A stretch of DNA of 64,000 nucleotides from assembly GCA_964276515.1 (NCBI GenBank), contig OZ193909.1, positions 10,912,001-10,976,000 of the forward strand, in the 5' to 3' direction. Below are positions 13,968 to 33,805 of the stretch, in pieces (the first letter of the stretch is position 1; every line of letters starts with the position of its first letter). Origin of the DNA: Gordius albopunctatus (lineage: Eukaryota). The notes under the pieces were generated by a model. It saw only the letters and a program-made list of their open reading frames with translations, had not been told where the DNA came from and searched no databases. The position numbers were made by a program, and so were the translations under genes.

Positions 13968-16859
13968 CTATCTATTATTAGGGGCGAAATCTTTTTATTT
14001 TAATATATAAAAATGGTGTTTTTTATGATGTTTATTAAATTTTATTATCATTTGACTTTACAATATAATTAAATCCATATAAATTTTTGTTTGTTATTTA
14101 TTAATAAAATTTGTAATTTTTAAATAAGTTAATTCCAAAAGTTTTTATTTTTTAATGAGGGGATCGTGAAAATTTAACCAAAATAGGTATATATAGTTAT
14201 ATAAAAATTTGCGTTCGTTTTTCCGTTTTGGTACATTCACCTATTTTGGGCTATTGTTTTTACAAAACTCATCTATACTCCTTATAAATGTAGCACATTT
14301 GCTATGCAATTTATGGGGGGGAGGGGCAATGGTCAAGCAGGCAGTCAGATAATTCTCGTACGCTATAATTAATTTTTTACAGACACTATTTTCATATTAA
14401 TATATTACCTCAATAAATAAAGTATTTATTAATTTTTATGGTTTGTTTTTACAAATATTTAGCATTTTAGTATCTTTATGCAAAAAAACTAAGTTTTCAT
14501 TTTTATACTGTATTTTGAGGCATAGGTTTTCTTTCACTCATTTTTTATTATAACCTGCTTTATCATTGCCTTATATCAAATTCTAAACTAATCAAAAAAA
14601 TTATTTATGGCGAAGTGAAATCAAATAGAGGGGATGACCTTGGACAAGCCAATAGTCTTCCTTCCAAAACGTACAACTTTAAATTGAGAGTTAAAGCGGG
14701 ATTTCTTTTACGTAATATACAGTTTAAATAATTATTTTAATAATTTATAAAAGCAATTTTGGAGTAAGCGACCCATAATTTGAATTATGACTATAGACTC
14801 TATTCAAATCATTCGCATATATATAGTATAAACAGCAAAGCAATAATGAAATTGTAACATTTTACCTAATCTAGCTAGTAAAAGAATGGATTATGGTGCG
14901 AATATTAGTTGCGACGGTGAAATGAAGGTGAATGCACTATATTTAAGATTCCGTTAGTGGAACCCTAATCAAAAAGGGACTGGGCAAACCCATTTTTAAA
15001 ACTATATAAATAAAGACCGTTGCAAAGGGTGTGAGGTGCGGTGAGACTTGGGAAAGAAATTATATAAGGACAACATATAGAAAAAAAATTTCGCTTTATA
15101 CTTTGGTAAGTGGTCATTTTTTCTATTGGTCAGAAGCCAATTGACGGCCAACTTGCCTAAATATATTATTAATGCAAAATTTGGGTTAATAACAAAGAGC
15201 AAAAAATAATTTGTCCTCACGGATGTTTGAACTCATATTAGTGGAAGCAAAAGGCACACAAGGGGGGGGGCAAGCCGCAAAAATTTTAAAAAGTGGGTTT
15301 AAATGAGGCAAATGCAATAGGTGTTCAAATAGGCTTGAAAACAAGATTTGCCCTTACCGGATTAGAACTCATATCAGTGGAGACATAGGCCCTTGTTAGG
15401 GGGGGGGTGCGGTGAGACGTGGGATTTGTTGCCACCAGGTATCGTACTCAAATCGAATCCCAAGCGGTCGAAGTGGTAAACACGATGAAATATGACGTCA
15501 ATTTGACGTAGGCATATCGGGGAAAAAACAAGGCTCTTTTTGCGAGAGGGTAAAAAAGGGGGGGGGCGGGGGCAAATCTAGAGGGAAAAATTAAAGCCAA
15601 CCAGCGGTCATTATTATTTATTTTCAGCCCAAAAATTATTATTTGTATATTAAATGGCAAAACGTCAAGGCACAAAAATAAAAATGGATTTAGGCCTTTG
15701 ATCGGGGTCTGATAAAGTAGAAGTAAGCCACGGGCAACATTTGTTGACAGGGAATTATTTAGAACAGTTTCGCAATCATCCGTAAAAATCTACTAGACAA
15801 ATTGTCAAAATGGCAAAAATAAAATAATGGACCTATAGATGAAACTTCAATCTACAGGAATAAATTAATATTTTTTTATAAGAAATTATAAATACCGTGG
15901 CAATATAACCTCAAAAAAAGTTAAAATTAGCATTTTTTACACCTTCAACCTCGTTTATCGTATACATTGGAAGTGTTGTGAAAAAACTAAAAACATATTA
16001 TTATTCACGAAATTCTCTATCCGAATTATTGCTCTGGTTGCTGGATGGAATCACAAGGTTAATATTTGTAGAATTGTTAGTAATAATAAATATAAACTAT
16101 TCTAATATAAAATCATCGAGAGTATCTTTCAACAGCGGCAAAAAATCCGCAAAAGATTTAAAATTCTAGTTAGTTATAAGAGAAAGTCTTCGTCTTAACA
16201 GGCAAGCAATGTTTAGATGGCGGAGAACGATTTCCTAACTCCTTAAAAAAGGAAACCTGTCTACCAAAGGTATGTTAAATACAAAGCGACCTAAAGGGGA
16301 TATGAATGTTTAAGTTTAAAAGAGCTTTATGTTTGTTGATTTTTCGCCCCTTGACAGCAAATAAAGAATTATTATTGTTACTAATAGGAACTAATAGGTA
16401 TATTCAAGTGAAGTCTTATTTTGAAAGTCATAGCTACATGAGACTAAAAAAGACTCATCAGGGAGCATTCGTCCGTCCAAGAAGGCGTCAGATGGCTCTA
16501 AATTAGATTGGACTTTTGCCCTTTTAAAAACTCTCTAAATTTTAATATTGCCCTTATTGTGTCTAACATGTTTAAATAGTTTGCCACTTAGTATATAAAA
16601 TGCCAGGCTTGCGACAAGGAAACGGTTTTAAAAATTTCTTAGTCTGAGAGATATGGGATACGAAAGTTCCGAGTCGTCCAATATCAACCCGGAAAGACAG
16701 CTAAGCCAAAGACATTCGTCGCCTAAGCAATCCAACAAAAACAAACTTTATTTAGAACACCGGCTTGCGGTCGCTACTCGAATTGGATAGTCAAAATAGC
16801 GCAACACAAGTCCAGCATCACAATCACATTGCCGTGAGGTTTATCAGGTGTGGTTGATT

Positions 16860-19018
16860 GGAGACAGCTAACTAACAAGACGGAAGTTAAATCCTTTTTT
16901 GGGGTTGACAGCGTACTTCGCAAAGTTTATCAAATTACGCCCAGTTAATACAAGGCGAGTGTAGTCTTCCACTGGGGTGAAGAGCAACAGTTAGCTTTCG
17001 GAAACATCAAGAATGCGCTCGTTACAGCACCAGTTTTAGCGTATTTCAACGGAGATTGGGAGACGGGGTTAGTAGTTTATGCGTCGGGAAAAGGTCTAGG
17101 GGCGATTTTGCAACAACGACCGCCACGTGGTGAGTGGAGAGCGGTGGCGTACGCATCAAGAGCTCTAAGCGAGGTGGAGGGGTGATACTCTACGATCGAG
17201 CGCGAGGCTTTGGCCGTCGTCTGAGGACTGAAGAAATTTAATGATTTTGTTCAGGGAAGAGAGATCATCATAATAACGGACCACAAGCCGTTGATTCACG
17301 TATTTGACCAAAGCAAAAGAGGGAATGAACAATGGTGCCCTCGCCTTACACGATGGGCATTATTCGTATCGGGTTATGGGGCCAAATTCGCTTACAATAA
17401 GGGTAAGGATAATGTGACCGACTTTTTGTCCAGGCGACCAAGTGAACATGACTATCAAATTACCGAGGAGGTGTTGGAGGATGCCACGGCCTCATTCATT
17501 TCACTCCAGGTGGTCCGTGAATATACTCGGGGTGATACCAACTTTCAACAACTAAAAGAATGGATAAAGGGGACGCAGAATAGCACAGTAGTCGCGGCTA
17601 CCATGCGCCTCTACGAAAGGTATCTGCCTGATTTTCTACAAGGGACGACGGGTCCTCATTCCAGCCAGATTAAGGTGCGCGGTGCTACAACGGTTACACA
17701 AGGGCCACGTGGGCGTTAAGCGAATGCAAAAGATGGTAGCACAATACGTATGGTGGCCGACACTTATTCAGGATATCGCAAACCTAGCGAAAAGTTGCAG
17801 GGCATGCAACTACACGGCCGCAGCACCAAAAAAGGCGCCGTTGATCAAAGGTGAACAAAACTTCAGGCCTTGGAGCCAGGTACACGTGGATTTGTTTGGG
17901 CTGGTGCGCGACAGGTCGTATTTAGTCTTGGTGGATAACGGAACGAAATGGTTGGAGGTTTTCAAATTAGAAGATACGGCAACCTCAACCATAATCATAA
18001 AGCTGGCGTAAGTGTTCGCCAGGTTCGGTAACCCACCAGTCTTTATATCGGATAATGGTGTGCAGTTTAGACGCCAGGAGATTCGAGGATTTTGTAGGCG
18101 GAGGGGGATAAAACAAGGTTGGTCTGCACCTTATCACCCCGCGTCAAATGGATTGGCGGAAAGGTATGTGCGACTAGAAAAGAAGGCGGTGGTGCGCAAC
18201 AATTCTGAAATTCATTTAAACTTATTCCTAGAAAATTACAGGGCAACTATCCACCCAGCGACTGGGATAACTCCTGCAGAAGGAATGTTAAAGCGGAAAA
18301 TTCGAACCGTGTGTGGAGTTGTTAAAGGAAAGCGAGCCTAAACATTGGACGGAGAGCGGAAAATCGCGCACGTTCGGCGTAGGAGACAAGGTATGGGTAC
18401 GCATGTTCTTGGGGCCCTACAAATGGGTAGAGGGATCTATAACAGCCAAATTTGGTAGTCGCTCTTACATAGTTAGGGCCCTAGGGAAAAACCACCATCG
18501 AAATTTGGATCAATTGAGATAAAGTAAAATATTGGATTGGAGAATGGTTGGACATGGAAATGGATGGCCGGACCGGAATACACTCTCCGCGATCGAGTCC
18601 CGTTGCAAACGAGCCAATAGATGCAAGCCCCTTACCAACGGTGTCCAGTCAAAGTTCCCTGCCAATGATTCCCAATGACAATGCCGCTACAGGAGCGGGT
18701 AAACATAATGCCCTTCCCATAGCTTTGGAGCTAAACAACGCCCCGCCTGAGGTTAGATACCCGCGCCGGGTACGACAGGCCCCAAGCTACCTAAAGCATT
18801 ATCTTTGTAAAAAGGGGGGAAGTGTAGAGGATAACTAACGATGTGTAATATACGCTTAAGTTCTATTTTGCTCGTGGAGCAAAAAGATATAGAACACGTG
18901 TTATTTATTTTCCGATCGCGTGTTTTTATTATTTTTCGCGTTTTTGGTATTTCTTCGCGCGCGTGTTCCTTGTAAAGTGAATTGATTTCTAATAAAGTCA
19001 GATCGAATATATCTAACA
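16860..19018 (+). mobile_element. 5'-truncated Ty3/Gypsy LTR retrotransposon (RNase H and integrase pseudogene, PPT, 3' LTR)
   Basis: RNase H motifs (GLGAILQQ, VAYASRALS, YSTIEREALAVV, ITDHKPL) with in-frame stops. Integrase HHCC (LHKGHVG...CRAC) and DDE (VHVDLFG, SDNGVQF, APYHPASNGLAERYV). PPT AAAAAGGGGGGAAG at 18809-18822. 5' boundary approximate. Confidence 0.9.
18823..19018 (+). repeat. Gypsy 3' LTR (TG...CA)
   Basis: Starts TGTAG immediately after the PPT, contains AATAAA at 18991 and ends CTAACA. Confidence 0.8.
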
Positions 19019-19161
19019 GGTGCCATTTTATTCAGAATATTTAAGAAGATTGTACAAGTTTTAACATTTTTTGCATCCCTTGTTTGAATAAAGTCCATGT
19101 GTAACAATCAATTAGACTAATCGCTATTATTTGATACCCAATTAAAATTTAAATTTTATTG

Positions 19162-26773
<7,612 letters not shown>

Positions 26774-27635
26774 AGTTGATATATGTTTTCATCTAAAATC
26801 ATCTGTAGCCCCGAGCAAAGAGGGAATAAATCTTGGGTAAAATGCACGCTTGTCACCCAGACAACTTGTTGGCTTCATTTAACTATTTATTCGATCAATG
26901 CATTATAAACTCAACGCTATCTTATTTAAAAGCTGTGTTTCATATTTAAAATAACGTAGTTTATCATACCACCATTAGTTACTCTATATTTTGGTTTCGT
27001 TTCAAATTTATTTATTAATAAACATAATATTTCCGTTGTTTAATTTTTTTACATTTTTGTTGCAGGTTTCTATATTAAGATAATTAAAATGCAACTTTTC
27101 ATTGCCTTTGACATGCATTTATCAAATTAATTAAATTATTACCCGATTTTTTAAAACTAATTAAGAAGATTGATTAAGTTGCAACAAAAAATCATTAAAA
27201 TTGTTAAGGTGGCCAACTGACTTTAGTTGGTTCTTATTATAATTTTTGTTTTTGTTAAATTTTATTATTCAGATTTTATTTAATTCAAAATTGAAATTAG
27301 AATTATGGACGATAATTGGTAAGGTAATATTATAAAAACTATACAAGGTTCATCATTAAAGAAGACTGTCAAGAAATATTACACAAAATTTTTTGACAAT
27401 ATATATCAAGATATGAATGGGTGTTTTGGCACCAGCTTCCATTAACGCGGCAGGATACCATAGAAATTATCTATTTTTTGAATCGAGAAATTAAATATTG
27501 TGGTGCCCTAACAACTCGCCGAAAAACATCTTGCCAAATTCAGCCTGGGACATTAACGACCAACTCCCCATTATCATTAAGAAGGCCCAAAACTGAGTAC
27601 ATTAATAATAATTATAATTTTTTTTTAAATAATAC

Positions 27636-28788
27636 CTAAGTTTTAACTTTAATCCGAAATAGAATGATTAATAGGCTTTTTTGTTGGGGGACATTTTCTA
27701 ATTGGGAGACATTTTTTGTAAGATTGTAGAAGAAGTAGTTTAATACTCCTAACGCCTCCATAAGAGAATAGTCGGATGGGGGCGTGTGCGTGGATAGAAA
27801 TAGGAAGAGAATGTCGGCCGCGTAGTTTAATCGATTTTGGTTGTCGGCTGAGACCCTTATCGAGTGTGTTCGGAAATCGAGTATGAGGCCCAAGTATTCT
27901 ATTATGGTTTCAGGCATGATTGAGAATTTTCCTACGTTTACGGTGAGGCCCCAATCGTTGGCCAGCTCAGCTATGTTGCCCAGGTCTTCCATTACATCGT
28001 TCTCGTCTTGGGCGAAAATGAGTATGTCGTCCAGGTAGACGTTATAGTTGCACCTTTTTACTGCCTTTTTTTACCAAGTCGGAGACAATGGTTTGTAGGA
28101 CGAACGGTGAAAAAGAGGCGCCCATGGGCAATACGTTGTATTGGTACAATTTGTTTCGCCATTTGTAACCGCAGTACCGTTTGGCATTCTTGTGTAGCGG
28201 AATGCTGAAGAAGGCGGCCTTAAGATCGATCTTGACCGCGAAGTTAGCCCTAGCTAACTTCTTTGCTGTTAGTGGGATGGTCGCCAGTCTGACGGGGAGA
28301 TGCCGGAAGTTCCTTGAGGCATCTGATAAGTCGGTAATTACGCGAGCGTCCCCGTTTTGTTTAGCTATGAAGAAAGTTGCGGAGGTTATGGCGAGCGCTT
28401 GCGTCTCGGAGACAACCCCCGTTTCCTTCATAGTGGTGAAATAAGCTGGGCTTCCTTTTGAGATTCTTTTACGCCTTTCGGGCCTGAAAAGGCCGTCATT
28501 CCTCCTGATCTTAGGGAGGTCAAGAGGTGGCTTGAATCCTTCTAAAGCCACCTTAAGCGTGAAAGGCGACATCAGAGGGTATGGTTTCAGCCTAGATGTT
28601 TTGATGTCGAGGGGCCCTTTGGGCTTTGCTGTGGCGCCTGGTTTGCCCCAATGGAAAATAGCTTTATGGCTATTCACAAGGTCCGGGATGTTTCCCGAGC
28701 CGGTGTTCCCGCCGAAGGATTCACTGTCGTCAGGGGTGATTCGGTCGCTCACGTTGGTGGGTATCCTGGGGTAGTCCCGAGGGGGCAT
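27636..28788 (-). mobile_element. Orphan reverse transcriptase gene (DIRS-like or hepadnavirus-like RT) with one frameshift
   Basis: ORF 28788-28042 has FFIAKQNGDARVITDLS, KIDLKAAFFSIPL and YQYNVLPMGASFSPFVLQ. Removing one base from the 7-nt run at 28066-28072 continues the frame into NVYLDDILIF (YLDD at 28037-28026), WGLTVNVGK and IEYLGLILD, ending at 27636. GC-rich island in AT-rich flanks. Confidence 0.8.
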
Positions 28789-28894
28789 TGAGACCCTTTA
28801 TTAACCCTGGCTAAAGCTTCAAAGTAGATTTTAACATATTTAGGGCAAACGTTTAATTCCATTGATATTATCATCATACATTATAGCCCATAGT

Positions 28895-29541
28895 TAGAGC
28901 CCTGTACGGGTCGCCCGAAGCCCGATCGGGCTTCGGGTCGGGATCTGGAAGAATTTAATAAAACAATCGAGCTCGGGTCGGGCCGCCTCATCAGGCCCGA
29001 CCCGAGCTCGACCCGATATGATTAAAGCAAACTAATCTTTTATAAAACATGATTTAAACAAACTCAACTCGATATTAAATATTTATCTTCGTACGACATG
29101 CACAATATAGCTTCCAAGCTTCAGCTTTTTCCCCCTGTCTATAATATTTTCACCTAAATTGCGAATCTTATTCTAGTATTAAATTCATAGTAGCTAAAGC
29201 TATTACTTTAGAAATAGAATAAGGGAATATTTTTAAACGTTTTCTATTTGGAACTGTTAGATAAAAAATATTTTGTAAAGTTAGATTTCCAGTTTTAAAT
29301 TATTGGCTGAATAAATTGTGGCAAGTGAAATTTTATTTTAAACTTATACTAGTTGTAAATTACGATTGATAACAATTTAATGCATTATGTATTTATTTGA
29401 TAAAATAATTTTCAAAAATTTTAAAATAAATTTTTAAAAATTTTCTATTTGAAAAATTGCGTCGGGCTCGGGTCGGGCCAAAATTAAAAAAGTCGTTCGG
29501 GCCGGGCTCGGGCAGAAAAAAATTCATTTTGTAAGGCTCTA
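28895..29541. mobile_element. hAT-type MITE
   Basis: TIR TAGAGCCCTGTAC / GTAAGGCTCTA. CCCGA/TCGGG subterminal repeats. Perfect TSD CCCATAGT at 28887-94 and 29542-49. Confidence 0.9.
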
Positions 29542-31302
29542 CCCATAGTGTTTATTGATGTTTACTATAGCGTTATATACCATAAAGTGCGAGTGACTTT
29601 TAATGGTAGTATTATTATTTACAGTAATTGCACATATTAAAACGTTGTAAAAACAACAATAAAAGCAGCATTATATAGGATTAAGAACATAAGGTTTTTA
29701 TACTTTAAATTAAAGTGCAAGTATTTAAATTTGTGACAAAAATCATTATAATCAAATTTATATTCCAAATAATTACCTTCCAATCCTAACTAAATTTGCC
29801 ATTAAATAGTTATTTATCAAATACAGTATAGGTTTGTGTATTTATTTTATATCGCACAATTATAGAAATTATAGTAAATTTGAATGCACCTGCAAACCCA
29901 TCTTATAATGTGAAAATGAAAAGTAATGCATATGACAAAACTTCACATAATTTCTTATTAAGGTTCAAAAATTTGGAAGGCCTACTATTAGTTGAACATA
30001 AAAACTTATGAAGATTTAATTTATTAGGGTGTCATTAAATATTCTATTATACTTTTAAAATCGTTGGCGGGTGCTCAAAAATCTCGAATCACCTTAGCTT
30101 AACTTGTTTATTATTCAAACTGATTGGCCGCCAATTTATAATTACCGCATTATGCAGGATTAGTAACTGCGAAATTCAAATATGCTTTAATGGTATTTAC
30201 TATTCCATCAGAACTCATCCTAAGCTTAAAATTTTGTAATATTTAATAATGCTATGGATAAAAATATTGATAAATATATTATAAAATTATTCAAATACCT
30301 TAAGGGTCAACCATACTTAGGTAAATGATTGCCATATTTCATTTTTTGCAAAAATATATAATATTACTACACTTTGGAATTTTTTTAATATCAAATATAT
30401 TTCATACATATTGATATACACTTAATACCTTAAATGTAAATCATGCAAATTAAAATCCATAATAATTTATTAAAATCTAACGATCAATAAAATTCGAGAT
30501 CTCGCCGAAAAATCTCGTATCCTCTCGGTTTTTCGAGACGCTCGGTTTTTCCGCATTCTAAGCATATTTTAGAATGCTTGCTAATAAAATAAATGGTAAG
30601 TCTAGCCACGGCCGCAAGCATAGGTACATTTTTTTGGCGCAGACTATATATTTTATTCTATATCATAAGTGATTAAAAAGAAATCGTAACAACGCATTTC
30701 TTAAAGGTCTATTCCTTAGTGCTACACAAACAACACATCGCGTTCGGTAATTTGTTTGTTATTGTCTACATATCTGTTGTCGATGCACACATGCTTCTCC
30801 CCCCCCCTCCTTCTCTCTCTCTGTAAGATGCCGTTTGCTAGCGCCATCTGCGCTAGCAAGCGAGAATTAATGGGATCTTTGTACTGTGACCCCTAGATAT
30901 CGATTGTTCTCCCCACTAAGCGCGCTTAAATATTATTTAATAATCATTATAATATTTTTTTATTTCGCAGATATGTAAACCTTTTCGCATTCTTTTTTAT
31001 TTTGTAACCTCACGGGATTCTATAAGATTCTCGTAATATTCTTATAATAAATAAAGTAAGACTAAAATGATTATATAAGTATGTTTTATTAATATCACAA
31101 AGCCATTTTTACTCCTCTTTAAAATCTGCCATTTTTGAATTTTCATTCTATTTAATATAAGAATATCACCATTTTTTTTTTAAATTAAACCAATCTTTAA
31201 TTCTATTACCTTCTGATAAACTGTTATGGAAAAAGATCAAATTAATTATATTTTATATTAAAATAGTTGAAAAAATAAAACAAAGAAAAAATTACTGGTG
31301 GC

Positions 31303-32474
31303 TAGTGTTTCGATCTCGTATCGGTCTCGAAAGCAAAATCTCGTCTCGGGTGGGATTATTGAAATCTCGATCTCGTCTCGGCCAAGATAAATCTCGTCTC
31401 GGCGAGAATTCTCGTTTCGTCTCGACTTTCACAAATAATTTTACCATATATTCTTTTCTGGCTCTTATAAGTTATTATATAAGATATAAATTTATCAAAA
31501 TGGAACCAATTTTTTATCTCAAACCCCAAAACAGAAGCTAGCTGAGTAACGTAAGGTAGGAAGCATTAATATAGATGTTATATACTAGATGAAGAAGGTA
31601 TAAAGTTGCTAATTAATAAATTTTATTTCCTAGCTAAACTCAATCAAAGGATTAAGTTTAATAATATCATATTTTAATATAATGAATTATTGAAATCCTA
31701 TATAATAATGTTAGAATAAAAACAAAAATGCCAGAGCAAACTTTTAAAAATATTATCATTATTTATAACAAGTAATTATCTGAACATTTTAAATACAATA
31801 AAATAGGCATTATTGTTTGAAGAACATAAAATCTTTGAGATCTTACATTGATTGCATATATATAATTTAATTAATGTTTTAAATAGAAAATTTTAAATAT
31901 TATAGTGTGACATCCCACTATATATAACAAAATAATTACTTAATCCATTTATTATGATTTTTTGCATTGAATAATTACACACTAATAAAGCCTATGTTCA
32001 TATTTTTAATTTATTGATAAATTGCTGCAAAAAATTCAGTGATGAAATTTGTGCAATGCATTAGTTAAATAAAACATCATTTCCTAACTAATTATATAAT
32101 ATATATTATAAACAATTATTTAGTCATTTTTAGAGATTATGTTTGATATATAATAACTGTTAGATGCTTGCATTTTCTGAAGAATCTAGGTTAACTGAAA
32201 AATTTTTTAGGTATTGATACCATATTAAATAACTTGATTAGGGTAAAGGCTATAGTAATCCTTATTATGTTCAAATTGAATTAACTTGAATTTAATATCC
32301 TAAATTTAAATCTCATTAAATAAAAATTTCTAATTAGCTAAGCAAAAATTAAAGCCGAGATCTCGCTGATAAAATCTCGTCTCGATCTCGACTCAATTTT
32401 TGAAATTCTCGTCTCGTCTCGGTTTTTCGAGACGAGATGAGACCGAGATTTACCTCGGATTTTCCGCATCACTA
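31303..32474. mobile_element. Non-autonomous hAT element with TCTCG subterminal repeats
   Basis: Ends TAGTGTT / ATCACTA with TCTCG arrays at both ends. Degenerate TSD CTGGTGGC / CTGGAGAC. A related right end lies at ~30490-30560. Confidence 0.7.
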
Positions 32475-32519
32475 CTGGAGACAAAAAAGGCAAATAAAGA
32501 CTTTGTAGTTAGGGGGGAC

Positions 32520-32760
32520 AATACAAAAGCAATTCCAAGGGGAAGTAAAAATGTCCTACAAAAAGAAATGGATTTGGAAGTTTGGTTTGATTTAAAATTA
32601 CTTAAAATGTTGGATGAAAACCATAACCATGGAATACCTATATAATTTGTTTGTTATTCAGTTGAGAAGTTTATGTAAACTAAATGAAGGTGAGCAGAAA
32701 TAGCAGTTTGTAGCAAGTGGATGGAGTGCAACATGGAAAAACTTTAAAATCTCTTAAGAA
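32520..32760 (+). pseudogene. Possible Tigger/pogo transposase (CENP-B-type HTH) remnant
   Basis: Broken frames give ...KLLKMLDENHNHGIPI and ...QFVASGW, resembling the GIPI and FKASxGW motifs. Heavily degraded. Confidence 0.35.
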
Positions 32761-33805
32761 AAAATGGAAAGGTTGTTTTAATTAAGAATTTATAACTTAC
32801 ATCTAATAAGTTGAATGTCAGCATAAATGACTGAATAATTGCTTTAATTACTCTTATTGATGACGGAAAAAAGTTTGTGAGGATATTTTTCCAAAGGAGA
32901 AACAACAGAATATATTTGCAAAACTTGTCTTATTTGTAGGTGAAACATAAACTTAATACTTTTAAGTTCTCAGTTTTTCTCTGTAAAACCAATTCTCATA
33001 AAGTTTTCTCAAATTATGTGCAATTATATTTTCTAATTAATATTACAAATTTTTTCTGATGATGTTTTAAATCTTATTTGTTATTCTTGTAATATAATAA
33101 ACCTTGTGTTGTTGCCCATATTATTGCTGTTGGCACTTTTATATTGAAAATATTTATATTGTTTGTAAGACAGAGCAGAGTTACAATTATATTAATAAGT
33201 ATGGCCATTAAAGTATTTTTCAAATTTAATTGCACTTTTGCTGATATGTTCTTACAAATCATTCGGGATTATCTTGTAAGAATTAAAATACATTACATAG
33301 AACATTAATTCAGTAAGAAGGACACATAATATAAGTGCTGTTTTTTTATTTTAAGAATGGATTGTTGGTATCAGTTCAAATTATGTATGTTCTAAATGTA
33401 AAAGCTTTAGGCATATATTTACCAACAATTTATTTCTTCTATTCGTAGATATATTAAAAGACACAATTTATTTAAATTTTTAGCCAAATTCAGCTAAAAT
33501 TGTTAATTTTTTTTAAATTTATACAAAAAACATACAAATTATATGGCTCAGCAGTTTCTTTGGAGAAAATTGAGTTAAATCCTAAGGCATAAAAACGAAT
33601 GTTAGCTGCTCTTTTTTATTTGTAAACAATAATTTTTTAACTAATGAACACGATGTGTGCGCTCGGGAATAGAAACGATTCGTTATTTGCCTCTTGAAAT
33701 AGAGAATCCATAGTCAAGGCCCATTTATTTGATGTAGCTTGGATTCTCAATCTGAATAACCCTATGAACGACTGATCGTCGAGGCGTATTAGTGTATAAA
33801 TAGTT

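Noticed and set aside
16440..16470. CTGATGA cores (minus strand here, near 75 and near 28990) as hammerhead ribozymes
   Set aside because: None has the stem II plus GAAA arrangement that a hammerhead requires.
28066..28072. A-run in the orphan RT as a programmed -1 frameshift site
   Set aside because: The -1 frame hits a stop almost immediately and the YLDD frame needs +1, so a homopolymer indel or sequencing error is more likely.
29600..33710. Possible minus-strand gene divergent from DCAF7 (ORF 33074-33262, MDSLFQEANN start near 33710, 35-nt GT-AG candidate at 29790-29824)
   Set aside because: Candidate exons near 30200-30350 have stops in all frames, and I could not assemble a continuous frame or recognise a protein family.
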